A stretch of DNA of 64,000 bases from Fibrobacteria bacterium (GTDB taxonomy: Bacteria > Fibrobacterota > Fibrobacteria > UBA11236), in contig JAYTSD010000050.1 of the NCBI GenBank assembly GCA_043745805.1, forward strand, positions 31,775 through 95,774, given 5' to 3'. The position numbers and the translations under genes were made by a program. This document shows, one piece after another, positions 27,863-37,675 of the stretch. The notes beneath the pieces are model-generated. The model saw only the letters and a program-made list of their open reading frames with translations, ran no database searches and was not told the origin of the DNA. The number at the start of each line of letters is the position of its first letter. The stretch's first letter is position 1.

Positions 27863-29668
27863 ATGCATAGTTATCGTTCACATACTTGCGGTCAATTACG
27901 AAAACACCAAGTGGGAGAAACCGTTCGTTTGTCGGGATGGGTATTCCGCAAAAGAGATCATGGGCATTTTGTCTTTATTGATTTACGTGATCATTATGGA
28001 ATTACCCAATTGGTTTTTCATCCCGAACGCGAGTTTTTTGAACAAGCCAGCAAGTTACGTTACGAAAGTGTGATTACTATCACAGGAAAAGTGATTGCGC
28101 GTGACCCTGCAACGATAAATCCAAATATGCCCACGGGTGAATTGGAAATAGTAGTAGATGAATTAATTATACAGTCCATAGCGGAGCCGTTGCCTTTGAT
28201 GGTAGATGGAAAAGACGATGGTCCCGAAGATACTCGCCTCACCTATCGCTTTTTGGATTTGCGTCGCGAACGCTTACATGCGAATATTTTGTTGCGCTCC
28301 AAAATTATTGCAAGTTTACGTCGTCGCATGATTGAACAAGATTTTACGGAATTTCAAACACCGATTTTAACCAGTAGCTCTCCCGAAGGCGCACGTGACT
28401 TTTTGGTGCCAAGCCGCATGCATCCGGGACAGTTTTATGCTTTGCCACAAGCTCCGCAACAATTCAAACAATTATTGATGGTGGCGGGCTTCGATCGTTA
28501 TTTTCAAGTGGCTCCTTGCTTCCGTGATGAAGATGCACGTGCGGATAGATCGCCGGGAGAATTTTATCAACTCGATATCGAAATGTCTTTTGTGACGCAA
28601 GACGATGTTTTTGCTGCGGTGGAAAAAGTGATTCATGGCGTGTTTACGGAATTTTCTACTCGCAAAGTCGATGATATAGCTTTCCGCCGTGTACCTTACG
28701 CCGAATCGATGTTGAAATATGGTTCCGATAAACCCGATTTACGCATCCCTATTGAAATTCGCGATGTGTCCCAACTATTTGCCAACAGTAATTTTAATGC
28801 TTTTAAAGCAGCGGTGAATCAAGGTGCCGTAGTACGCGCCATTCCCGCTAAAGGGGTAGCGGACAAGCCACGTAGCTTCTTTGATAAGCTGGGTGAGTTT
28901 GCTCAAGGTATTGGATCCAAAGGTTTAGCTTATTTGGTTTGGGCGGATGACGAAGCCGTAAAAACCAATACCCCTAAAGGCCCTCTAGCCAAATTTTTAA
29001 CTCCCGAACAATTGGAAGCGCTTCGCCTTCAATGTGAAGTGGGTAAAGGCGATGCCGTATTTTTTGTTTGCGACAAAAAAGAAGTTGCTCCCAAAATTGC
29101 GGGTCAAATTCGCGTGAAGTTGGCCAAGGATTTAGAATTAATTGAAAAAGATGTTTTCCGTTTTTGTTGGATTGTAGATTTCCCTATGTTCGAATGGGAC
29201 GAAGAAAATAAAGCGGTAGCTTTTTCACACAATCCTTTCTCTATGCCGCAAGGAGGCATGGAAGCTTTATTGCATCAAGATCCTTTAACCATTCTTGCTT
29301 ATCAATATGATATCGTTTGTAATGGTTATGAACTTTCGAGTGGCGCTATTCGTAATCATCAACCCGAAATTATGTATAAGGCTTTTGAAATTGCCGGTTA
29401 CGGTCCTGAAGTGGTGGATCAAAAATTCGGGGGTATGATTAAAGCCTTTAAACTTGGCGCTCCTCCGCATGGTGGTATAGCTCCGGGTATTGATCGCATC
29501 GTGATGTTATTGGCCGATGAAGCAAATATTCGTGAAGTGATTGCTTTCCCTATGAATCAAAAAGCGCAAGATTTATTAATGGGTGCGCCGGGACATGTGA
29601 ACGAAAAGCAATTGCGTGAATTGCATATTCAAATTGATCCGAAAGTACTTGCGAAAAAAGACGCGTAG
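27863..29668 (+). CDS. aspS: Aspartate--tRNA ligase (probably non-discriminating Asp/Asn type)
   Basis: RSHTCG, RDHG, EGARDF, PCFRDED, SGAIR and [12 protein letters not shown] motifs. Confidence 0.97.
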   Translation: MHSYRSHTCGQLRKHQVGETVRLSGWVFRKRDHGHFVFIDLRDHYGITQLVFHPEREFFEQASKLRYESVITITGKVIARDPATINPNMPTGELEIVVDELIIQSIAEPLPLMVDGKDDGPEDTRLTYRFLDLRRERLHANILLRSKIIASLRRRMIEQDFTEFQTPILTSSSPEGARDFLVPSRMHPGQFYALPQAPQQFKQLLMVAGFDRYFQVAPCFRDEDARADRSPGEFYQLDIEMSFVTQDDVFAAVEKVIHGVFTEFSTRKVDDIAFRRVPYAESMLKYGSDKPDLRIPIEIRDVSQLFANSNFNAFKAAVNQGAVVRAIPAKGVADKPRSFFDKLGEFAQGIGSKGLAYLVWADDEAVKTNTPKGPLAKFLTPEQLEALRLQCEVGKGDAVFFVCDKKEVAPKIAGQIRVKLAKDLELIEKDVFRFCWIVDFPMFEWDEENKAVAFSHNPFSMPQGGMEALLHQDPLTILAYQYDIVCNGYELSSGAIRNHQPEIMYKAFEIAGYGPEVVDQKFGGMIKAFKLGAPPHGGIAPGIDRIVMLLADEANIREVIAFPMNQKAQDLLMGAPGHVNEKQLRELHIQIDPKVLAKKDA

Positions 29669-29701
29669 TTGTAGGGGCACAACATTTTGTGCCCCTACAA
29701 C
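29668..29701. repeat. GTAG-family REP-like perfect palindrome between convergent aspS and copA
   Basis: GTTGTAGGGGCACAA-CATT-TTGTGCCCCTACAAC, 15-bp perfect arms. Confidence 0.75.
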
Positions 29702-31929
29702 CTTATTCTCTTCAAACGCAAACTATTCGTTAATACAAAAACACTACTCAATCCCATCGCTGCTGCGGCAAGCATGGGATTGAGTTGCCAATTGAGCCAA
29801 GGTGCAAAGGCTCCCGCGGCAACGGGAATTAATAAAACGTTATAAGCAAAAGCCCAAAACAAATTCATTTTAAGCGTGCGCATCACTTGTTTCGCTAAGC
29901 GAATTCCTTTTGCAAGAGTGCGTAAATCATCGGACATTAAAATAATATCTCCCGATTCAATGGCTAAATCCGAACCTTTGCCCATGGCTATGCCTACATG
30001 GGCTTTGACTAAAGCGGGAGCGTCATTAATACCGTCGCCAGCGAAAGCCACTTTTTTTCCTTGTTGATGGAATTCTGCTAAAATATTTGCTTTGTCTTGG
30101 GGTAAGATTTGCGCGCGAAAATGGGCAATGCCTACTTGTTGTGCGATGGCTTTGGCGGTGGCCTCTTGGTCACCAGTTAACATCCAAGTTTCTAATCCCA
30201 TTTGCTTAAAGGTTTTAATCGCTTCCACGCTTCCTTCCTTTAAAGCATCGGCAATACTAAAAAGGCCGACCATTTTTCCATCTACCGCTAAACAAAAAAC
30301 CGATTGATTTTGTTGCATTAAGCTTCGCATCTCTTCTTCGAAAATCGAGGCTTTGTCCGTTTGGGTTTGAATCCATGACGGAGATCCTAAGAGAACTTTT
30401 TGATTATGGATTTCTCCTTGTACCCCTTTTCCTGGAATAGCAATAAAGGCATTCACTTCGGGTAAAGAAATATTTTCTTTTTGTGCGGCTTGTAGAATGG
30501 CGCGCGCAAGCGGATGTTCACTATGCTTTTCCAATCCTGCCGCTAAAGTTAATAGTGCAGACCTATTCCAACCCGTAACAGGTAGAATACTTGTAACTAT
30601 GGGATGACCTTGGGTTAAAGTACCGGTTTTATCTAGGGCTAAGGTATCTACTTCACTTAAGTTTTGTAAAGCCATGCCATTTCTTATCACCAAACCGAGT
30701 TCTGCCGCTTTACCCGTGCCTACCAAAATGGCTGTGGGAGTGGCTAAGCCCATGGCACAAGGGCAGGCTATAACTAATACAGCCACGGTATGGACTAGTG
30801 CTGGAATGATTGAAGGCTTAGGCCCGAACATAAACCAAGCGATAAAAGTGAGAATGGCGATAGCTAAAACAATGGGTGTAAAAACCATTACCACTTTATC
30901 GACTTTATCTTGTATAGGTGGTTTGGAGAGTTGAGCCTCTTCCACCATACGAATAATTTGTGACAAAACCGTATGCTTGCCTAAACGTTCCACACGAAAT
31001 GTGAAATATCCATTTTGATTTTGCGTCGCTCCAATTACCGATGCACCAATTGTTTTGGAAACAGCTTTTACTTCACCACTGATCATACTTTCATCGACAT
31101 AAATTTCGCCGGAAAGAATAATTCCATCGGTGGGAATTTTTTCACCCGGTTTAACCGCAATGGTATCTCCAATTTGCAAATTCTCGATGGCGATATCGGA
31201 TTCGATTCCATTGCGAATTACATGCGCCGTTTTAGCTTGCAATTCCAAAAGTTTTTGTATGGCCGCTTGGCTGCGCCCTTTGCTTTTGGCTTCCAGCATT
31301 TTACCCAATAAAATCAGAGTTATAACTACGGCCGCCGCTTCATAATAAACATGCCTTGCCTCAATGGGAAATAATTGCGGTAATAAAGTCACTAATAAAC
31401 TATAGCCATAGGCCGCGCCAGTGCCAGTCATGACGAGGCTATTCATATTCGGACTTAAATCCACATAAGCGCGCCAACCGGAACGAAAAAATCTTTTGCC
31501 CGGCCAAAACAAAACCGGCGTGGCCAAAGCGAGTTGTAGGAATTGCCAAAAAGCCATGGAAGGTTGCAAATGCATTTGCCAAGCCATAAAACTAGGATGC
31601 AACATGGGTAACATAGCGATGACTAATAAGGGTAAACTAAAAAATAAGGCGATTTGGAAATCTTCTTTTAAAGCCAAATATTCTTTTTGCATGGCCACTT
31701 TTGGATCGAGTCCTGGCGCAGAAGCTTTATAACCAGCCTTTTCAATGCTCTGATATAAAGCGGGCAATTGCACTATCTCGGATTTGAATTTTACCGAAGC
31801 TTGCCCTGTTACCAAATTCACACGCGCTTCTTCCACACCCTGTGTTTTTTTCAAAGCGCGCTCAATACGACCTACGCAATTGGCGCAGGTCATCCCTTCG
31901 ACTTGTATTTCAGCGGTACTTGAGGACAT
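29695..31929 (-). CDS. copA: Copper-translocating P1B-type ATPase
   Basis: GMTCANC HMA domain, CPC, DKTGT, SEHP, GDGIND, YN and MGLSS motifs. Confidence 0.95.
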   Translation of the reverse strand: MSSSTAEIQVEGMTCANCVGRIERALKKTQGVEEARVNLVTGQASVKFKSEIVQLPALYQSIEKAGYKASAPGLDPKVAMQKEYLALKEDFQIALFFSLPLLVIAMLPMLHPSFMAWQMHLQPSMAFWQFLQLALATPVLFWPGKRFFRSGWRAYVDLSPNMNSLVMTGTGAAYGYSLLVTLLPQLFPIEARHVYYEAAAVVITLILLGKMLEAKSKGRSQAAIQKLLELQAKTAHVIRNGIESDIAIENLQIGDTIAVKPGEKIPTDGIILSGEIYVDESMISGEVKAVSKTIGASVIGATQNQNGYFTFRVERLGKHTVLSQIIRMVEEAQLSKPPIQDKVDKVVMVFTPIVLAIAILTFIAWFMFGPKPSIIPALVHTVAVLVIACPCAMGLATPTAILVGTGKAAELGLVIRNGMALQNLSEVDTLALDKTGTLTQGHPIVTSILPVTGWNRSALLTLAAGLEKHSEHPLARAILQAAQKENISLPEVNAFIAIPGKGVQGEIHNQKVLLGSPSWIQTQTDKASIFEEEMRSLMQQNQSVFCLAVDGKMVGLFSIADALKEGSVEAIKTFKQMGLETWMLTGDQEATAKAIAQQVGIAHFRAQILPQDKANILAEFHQQGKKVAFAGDGINDAPALVKAHVGIAMGKGSDLAIESGDIILMSDDLRTLAKGIRLAKQVMRTLKMNLFWAFAYNVLLIPVAAGAFAPWLNWQLNPMLAAAAMGLSSVFVLTNSLRLKRIRL

Positions 31930-32191
31930 CCATTAACTCCTTAACCATAGCATCAGCTTCTTTATGTTTGGAAGCTTGGGCCACATGATTCACTAAATGT
32001 CCTTCCAATATGACATCATTAGCTTTCGCCAAGCTTCCCATTACGGCTTTAACTTGCTTCATCACATCGACGCAATAAATTTCAGGATTCTCAAGCATAC
32101 GCGCAATAGCATCTAAATGGCCTTTTGCCACCTTAATGCGTTTGGCGGCTTCTAAGCGTGGTGCTTCGGGCATACATAAATGTTTATGCAT
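31910..32191 (-). CDS. csoR: CsoR/RcnR-family metal-sensing repressor (C-H-H type)
   Basis: GHL..I.RM, YCVDV and HLVNHV motifs; lies between copZ and copA. Confidence 0.9.
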   Translation of the reverse strand: MHKHLCMPEAPRLEAAKRIKVAKGHLDAIARMLENPEIYCVDVMKQVKAVMGSLAKANDVILEGHLVNHVAQASKHKEADAMVKELMDVLKYR

Positions 32192-32397
32192 TAGTTTTCC
32201 TTTATGAATTCGGCTTGATAGCCTTCTTCTTTTACAACGGCGATTAAAGTTTGCATATCGGCATTTCCTTCGACCTCCGCTATACCCTTAGCTAGCGATA
32301 CATTTGCGGACGCTACTCCGTTTACGCTTTTTAAAGCCTCGGTGACAGAGTGTACGCAATGGTTACAAGTCATACCACTGATTTTTAAAGTAAGCAT
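32191..32397 (-). CDS. copZ: Copper chaperone CopZ (HMA domain)
   Basis: GMTCNHC and EEGY motifs; start re-called after the GGGGAG RBS. Confidence 0.92.
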   Translation of the reverse strand: MLTLKISGMTCNHCVHSVTEALKSVNGVASANVSLAKGIAEVEGNADMQTLIAVVKEEGYQAEFIKEN

Positions 32398-32423
32398 ATT
32401 TTCTTCTCCCCGCTCCATTTATC

Positions 32424-32484
32424 ATACCTACCCCACCTGGGGTGGGTATATAAAGAATATACTGCGATCTTTGAGGGTTGTCAA
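32424..32484 (-). promoter_or_regulatory. Sigma70 promoter and CsoR-type operator of copZ-csoR-copA
   Basis: Minus strand TTGACA (32484-32479), 17 nt, TATATT (32461-32456); C/G-tract palindrome ATACCTACCCCA-CC-TGGGGTGGGTAT at 32424-32449. Confidence 0.8.
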
Positions 32485-32620
32485 GTTTTCACAAACGGGC
32501 ATAAATTCTTGCGAGGAATACTTTTAAACGCAGGCTTGGCATGGTGGGCCTATTAACGAATATCATTGTTATCAAACAAGATGGGTTATGTGAACGTATC
32601 CTTTCAAAAATTATTACTAA

Positions 32621-32833
32621 GCTCAGTCCTTGAGTTTTTTTTGCGGCGAGCAAGCTAAATTTTTTCCTGAAACCACATACTTATTGCTTGCTCGCTACAA
32701 AAAAACTCAAGGATTGAGCGAAACCAAGAAGGGGTAGCCGAGGACCCCGCGGTTTTATTTAATCGTGATTTCAACGATTTCATAATCGATTAAATAAAAC
32801 GGTGAGGCCGAGGCTAGGGGAAGGCATTCCCCT
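32621..32833. repeat. Multi-hairpin palindromic element (MITE/REP-like or structured RNA)
   Basis: Inverted repeat of 35/34 nt (32621-32655 / 32686-32719); perfect 14-bp stem (32752-32765 / 32787-32800); AGGGGAA-GGCA-TTCCCCT (32816-32833). Confidence 0.65.
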
Positions 32834-32866
32834 CTAGTTCTGAACCATTGGCTTTTGAAACTTATG

Positions 32867-34243
32867 TTACCGTAACACATGTTGTTCGATCAGACCTTTG
32901 ACTTCGGTCATGGCAATACTATTTCCTTGGGGAGCCGCGGCTGCGAAATTAGTAATGAACACTGGCTTTTGTTCCGGCTTATCAGCAGGTGTGCCATGGC
33001 TACCTTTAACAAGTTCCGGCATAAGCGGAATTACATCCATATAATAACGAAAGCCCAAAATTTTCTTTAAGAGAGTCCAAGCCATTTTCAATTTGATCAA
33101 AGGGATTTTTGGATTGAAAAATAATTCCACTGGGTCATAACCAGGTTTACGATGAATGTCGATACAGTGCGCAAAATCGGGGGCTTTGGAATCGTCCAGC
33201 CAATAATAATAGCTGTACCAAGTATCCGGATCGGCCATTAAAATGATATCACCAGCACGAGTATGTGCAAGGCCAGCTTCTTCAATAGCAGATCCTATTA
33301 ATATTTTTCTTGTGCCTTTTTGTTTTTCAAATAAGGCGGCTACTGCGGGAATATGTTTTTTGTCCTTAACATAAATGTGGCAAATTTGATGATCGACCAC
33401 GGCAAAAGCTTTACTTGCTCCTGCATCCAAGGTTTCCCAAGTTAAGGTATTGCGAATTTCAAGTAAGCCGGCATTTCGTAAAATACGATTAGGGTGAATA
33501 ACATGGTTAACTTGGGTGATACCGTATTCTGAAAGAATAATCACACGCACATTATGCTTAGCGTAAAAATCGAGTAAATCCCCCACAACAACATCAATTG
33601 CCCGTAATTCCTGCTGTATTTCGGGGGCATGTGGTCCCAGCTTTTGTAAACCATAATCCAAATGCGGCAAATATACCAAGCTCAAAGTTGGTTGATATTT
33701 GGTGAAAACTAATTTGGAACTTTCCGCTATCCACTTAGAAGAACCTATGCCAGAAGCAGGTCCCCAAAAATTCATAAATGGAAAAGGCCCTAAGGCATTC
33801 ACAAGTTCATCGCGTAAACTTACCGGTTCGGTATAAACATCAAATACTTTACGTCCATCGGCAGGGTAATGCGGACGTGGGGTAACACTCCAATCCGCAG
33901 AGGAATACATATTGTACCACCAAAACATTTTGGCGCAGGTAAAGTCGGGATTTTGTTTTTTCAATGTGTCATATAATTTTTCGCCTTGTATCAAATAATT
34001 GCTTTGTTTCCAAAAACCGACTTCGGCAGTGTCGTGAAAATACCAGCCATTGCCGACTATACCATGTCCTTCCGGTTTGAGTCCGGTTAAAAAAGTCGCT
34101 TGACTACTGCAAGTTACGGCGGGAAATATTTCTTCTAAAGTGCAGCCTTTATTCTCATCCCAAAATTTTTTGAGGCGAGGAGTATGGGCTCCAATTAATT
34201 CGCGTGTAAGTCCTACCACATTTATGACAGCGGTTTTATGCAT
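32867..34243 (-). CDS. eboF: Alkaline phosphatase/nucleotide pyrophosphatase family protein, EboF-like
   Basis: VINVVGLT, PAVTC, HGIVGNGW, FWWYNM, YLPHLDY, DIHRKPGYDP and VKGSHG motifs; adjacent to eboE. Confidence 0.85.
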   Translation of the reverse strand: MHKTAVINVVGLTRELIGAHTPRLKKFWDENKGCTLEEIFPAVTCSSQATFLTGLKPEGHGIVGNGWYFHDTAEVGFWKQSNYLIQGEKLYDTLKKQNPDFTCAKMFWWYNMYSSADWSVTPRPHYPADGRKVFDVYTEPVSLRDELVNALGPFPFMNFWGPASGIGSSKWIAESSKLVFTKYQPTLSLVYLPHLDYGLQKLGPHAPEIQQELRAIDVVVGDLLDFYAKHNVRVIILSEYGITQVNHVIHPNRILRNAGLLEIRNTLTWETLDAGASKAFAVVDHQICHIYVKDKKHIPAVAALFEKQKGTRKILIGSAIEEAGLAHTRAGDIILMADPDTWYSYYYWLDDSKAPDFAHCIDIHRKPGYDPVELFFNPKIPLIKLKMAWTLLKKILGFRYYMDVIPLMPELVKGSHGTPADKPEQKPVFITNFAAAAPQGNSIAMTEVKGLIEQHVLR

Positions 34244-35474
34244 GCGATAAAGTTTCTTTCAATGAAGTTTCTTTGAGTACAAATTGCAATTCAGCGGCAA
34301 TACTTTTGGCTAATTCTTCTGCATTACGAGGACGATATTCTTCCGGTAAAACATTCCAAGTGTATGTTTCCACCTCAAAATGATCGCATAGGTTTTTTTC
34401 TAATACAATTTGGCATGCCTTAAGCATATCTGCACGCGTCGTACCTATCCATTGCGTATCCCCTGGGTTACCTAAGGTTTGCGCCTGAATGGGTAAATGA
34501 TAATGCACCCGCCAAGGTTCTTGCCATGAAAGCTCGGGATCGGCTAAGGCTTGAGGCAAATCATCATAGCCTACGGGTCGATGCGGATTTTTTATGCGCG
34601 TTTGATGTAAAAAGCGTGCTTCTACAAAAAGTTGGCGCATCTCAAAGGAAATTTTTTCGGGATCAGCTTTGAATTCTAAGGCACTCGATAACTGCATTTT
34701 TACGATGGGAATTTCATTTTGTATCAGCCAAGAAATCACTTGTTCCGGCGCCTCAAATTGCACGGCTTGATGACAGGTATCATAGCAGATACCTAGGTAA
34801 CGTGAAAGTTCATTGGGTGAAATTCCGCGCTCATGAGCCATAGGACGCACGTGTTTTTCCCAAAATAAAAGCACTTGTTCGGTATATTCTAAAACACAGC
34901 CCGGTTCGGGCTCCAAACCTAAGCGAATACATTTTCCAGTTTTATTTTCTAAAGAACGTGCCTCTTTCACAAAGGTCAATAAATTATGGCTAGCCATTTG
35001 AGAGTGTCGTTCTGTCCATCCTTCACGCCAACCTAGGGGTAAAGTGGAAATTGAACCCATATTATCCTTTACCAAATAGGCTAATAATTTGGCGCAACCT
35101 ACGGTGTATTCCAAGCGTTCAGGACGGGTCCAATCGGGAATATATACTTTGGTTTTCACCACAGGCTCATGAAAGCGACCATAAGGAAAGGCATTGAGCG
35201 TAAATACTGATAAGTCGTAGGCGGCCAAAATATCGCGGATTTTTCCCATTAAATAGGCATCCATATTTTGCATTAAGCCCGCATGAAACCACAATCCCAT
35301 GGGCAAATTAGCCCATTGCATATGTTGGCGTATTTGCGTCCCAAAGTAGCTCATGGTGTTTTCCCATTCGATAAAATCGTTAATGGCATGAACATTCGAG
35401 CAATAACAAAGTTTTTTCACTTCTTTTAACTCTCTGGGTCTATTGAGGTTTTTTCTGCCTATACTATTCGACAT
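34236..35474 (-). CDS. eboE: Metabolite traffic protein EboE (xylose isomerase-like TIM barrel)
   Basis: YCSNVH, TLNAFPYGRFH, VY.PDW, LEPEPGC, CYDTCH, WRVHYHLP and EVETYTW motifs; alternative GTG start 35420. Confidence 0.88.
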   Translation of the reverse strand: MSNSIGRKNLNRPRELKEVKKLCYCSNVHAINDFIEWENTMSYFGTQIRQHMQWANLPMGLWFHAGLMQNMDAYLMGKIRDILAAYDLSVFTLNAFPYGRFHEPVVKTKVYIPDWTRPERLEYTVGCAKLLAYLVKDNMGSISTLPLGWREGWTERHSQMASHNLLTFVKEARSLENKTGKCIRLGLEPEPGCVLEYTEQVLLFWEKHVRPMAHERGISPNELSRYLGICYDTCHQAVQFEAPEQVISWLIQNEIPIVKMQLSSALEFKADPEKISFEMRQLFVEARFLHQTRIKNPHRPVGYDDLPQALADPELSWQEPWRVHYHLPIQAQTLGNPGDTQWIGTTRADMLKACQIVLEKNLCDHFEVETYTWNVLPEEYRPRNAEELAKSIAAELQFVLKETSLKETLSHA

Positions 35475-35647
35475 AGACTGGAACTTAAAAGTTCATTTAA
35501 CAAACAGTAACCCAAAATAGCCTGTCCATGTTAAATTAATTTAAAAAGAAGGCTCGAAATAGCACAATCACTGGTTTTAGTTCCAGAATACTTGCTTCTC
35601 AGGCTTCACAGAAATTATTAAGTTGGAATCTAGTTCGAAAGTTATTT

Positions 35648-36829
35648 ATGCCTTTAGAAAATACTCGCAGTAGTTCCTCAGAAACTTTACAATCCCAAGA
35701 TTTAGGTTATCAAACTTTATTATCCCCTTTGCTAGGGAATATGCCAATTCATTATGGCGCGAGAGCCATAGAGTATTTGCCCGAATTATTAAAAAATTTA
35801 AATCCTGATAAGGTTTTTATTCTCTCAGATCATCATGTGTTTCGGCTTTATGGTTCTTCCATTTTGCAATTATTGTCCTCGCGTTATGCTCCGGAGACAA
35901 TTTTAATTCCCGAAGGTGAAAATGAAAAAAAAATTTCCAATTTGGAATTTATTTGTGAAGAAATATTTGAGCGCGGCGTAACCAAATCATCCTTGGTATT
36001 GAACTTAGGTGGTGGTGTTATTTTAAATATGGGCGGACTCGCTGCAAGTCTAGTGTATCGAGGCATTCGTTTTGTACAAATTCCTACTACTTTGATGGCG
36101 CAAAGTGATGTCATCATTTCAAATAAACAGGGCATTAATTTTGGCGGCGGGAAAAATCGTTTGGGCCTTTATAATTCACCTGTTTGCGCGATTGCCGACA
36201 GTCGTTTTTTTAAAAGCGAATCGCCTCGACAAATTAAAGCAGCCATGGTCGAATATGCGAAGAATGCTTTGTTATTAGGCGGAAAACATTTTATTGAAGC
36301 TTCACGTTTTTTTGCTTTGGAAGACAAAACCTCGGCTTTTAATTTGCAACATATGCTAGAAAATAGCTTGGCACAAAAATTTGAAATCGCAAGACTCGAT
36401 CCTTTGGAAAAAGGTTTGGGATTAATGTTGGAATATGGCCATACAGTTGGACATGCTTTGGAGTATTTGTCGCAAGGCCGTTTATTACATGGCGAAGCCG
36501 TTTATCACGGTATGAATATAGCCGGTATGTTGGCGGTGCAAAAAGGCATTATGTCCACGGCAGAATGGAAAAAACAAAGTGTTTTACTAAGCCATATTCA
36601 AGGCATACCCACTATTCCTGCGGACATATCAATTGGGCAAATTTTGCAAACGGTGCAGCGCGACAATAAAAAAGTAGGACAAGATATTGCATTTATTATT
36701 TTAAAAGCTATTGGGGATGTGTATCGCCCTAATTATGCTTTTTCGGGTTCTTCCGCCTCTGTGCTCACGCCAGTTACGGTAACTGAGCTAAGTCCAGTGC
36801 TAGCGGAGTATTGGGATGCTCTGTTATAG
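35648..36829 (+). CDS. Sugar-phosphate cyclase, 2-deoxy-scyllo-inosose synthase (BtrC)-like
   Basis: DHQS fold with GGGVILN, SD..IS.KQ..N...GKN, PRQIKA, KNAL, EK..GL..EYGHTVGHA, HGEA and DNK. Confidence 0.75.
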   Translation: MPLENTRSSSSETLQSQDLGYQTLLSPLLGNMPIHYGARAIEYLPELLKNLNPDKVFILSDHHVFRLYGSSILQLLSSRYAPETILIPEGENEKKISNLEFICEEIFERGVTKSSLVLNLGGGVILNMGGLAASLVYRGIRFVQIPTTLMAQSDVIISNKQGINFGGGKNRLGLYNSPVCAIADSRFFKSESPRQIKAAMVEYAKNALLLGGKHFIEASRFFALEDKTSAFNLQHMLENSLAQKFEIARLDPLEKGLGLMLEYGHTVGHALEYLSQGRLLHGEAVYHGMNIAGMLAVQKGIMSTAEWKKQSVLLSHIQGIPTIPADISIGQILQTVQRDNKKVGQDIAFIILKAIGDVYRPNYAFSGSSASVLTPVTVTELSPVLAEYWDALL

Positions 36830-37667
36830 CACGGGTTCTTTACCCGATCATTTCTCTTTCCCACAAATCATCTCCACATTAAAGCCAACGCCTTTTCGGG
36901 GGTTGGAATTGGTCATTACTCCAGCCCATTTACAACATGCCCATGATACTGCCTACTGGGTCACTTTGCGTCAGGAATTTGCTCATCACGGCTTATGTTT
37001 TCGCAATATACATCTAGGTTACCCTCTATTATTGAGTGAATCACCGCATGCTCCGGGACTAGGATCTTTGGATAAAAGCGGAAGAGATATAAAAGCGCAA
37101 GCGGCCTTGTCGGCGGCGCGCATTGCTACTTGGTTGGAAGCGCCGCATATTACCTTCACTACGGGTTTACCCGAAGGCAACGAATCCTCACAAGCCTTAC
37201 AAATAAATTATTTAGAAGAATTTTTAAGAGATTTTATTCAAGTTAAGTACGAGGATTTCGAATTGAATTTAAGTCCCAATTTGAAAATTTTAATTGAACA
37301 AGAGCCAGAGCATATTATTCGCAGCACCGATCAACTCATTGATTTATGTAAAATTTTTCCAGGGGAAGTGTATGCCAATTTCGATATTGGTCATGCGGCG
37401 GTGATGGGTGAAAATATTCCATTGTGTTTGCAAGATATAAGTCATGCTATGGTGAATTTGCATTTGGAAGATATAGTAGGGCAAGTGCATACACATAAGC
37501 TTTATGGGCAAGGAAACATTGATTTTGATTCAGCATTTGGTGCCTTAAGGAATATTGGGTATAGCGGAGATTTTACTCCCGATTTATATCCGTTTAAAGA
37601 TGATTATGCTCATGCGATACAAGCCTCGCAAGATTTTTTAGAAAAATATTTGGGACCATTAAATTAA
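36816..37667 (+). CDS. Sugar phosphate isomerase/epimerase (AP endonuclease 2/IolE-like TIM barrel)
   Basis: EQEPE, NFDIGH, HLED, H...G.G.IDF motifs; overlaps the cyclase gene. Confidence 0.8.
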   Translation: MLCYSTGSLPDHFSFPQIISTLKPTPFRGLELVITPAHLQHAHDTAYWVTLRQEFAHHGLCFRNIHLGYPLLLSESPHAPGLGSLDKSGRDIKAQAALSAARIATWLEAPHITFTTGLPEGNESSQALQINYLEEFLRDFIQVKYEDFELNLSPNLKILIEQEPEHIIRSTDQLIDLCKIFPGEVYANFDIGHAAVMGENIPLCLQDISHAMVNLHLEDIVGQVHTHKLYGQGNIDFDSAFGALRNIGYSGDFTPDLYPFKDDYAHAIQASQDFLEKYLGPLN

Positions 37668-37675
37668 AATAAGTT

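Noticed and set aside
35648..36829. Housekeeping aroB, or an aminoglycoside biosynthetic cluster
   Set aside because: It lacks AroB signatures (GGGxxxD, GGKT, LNxGHT). No BtrR-type aminotransferase, dehydrogenase or resistance gene is in the window.
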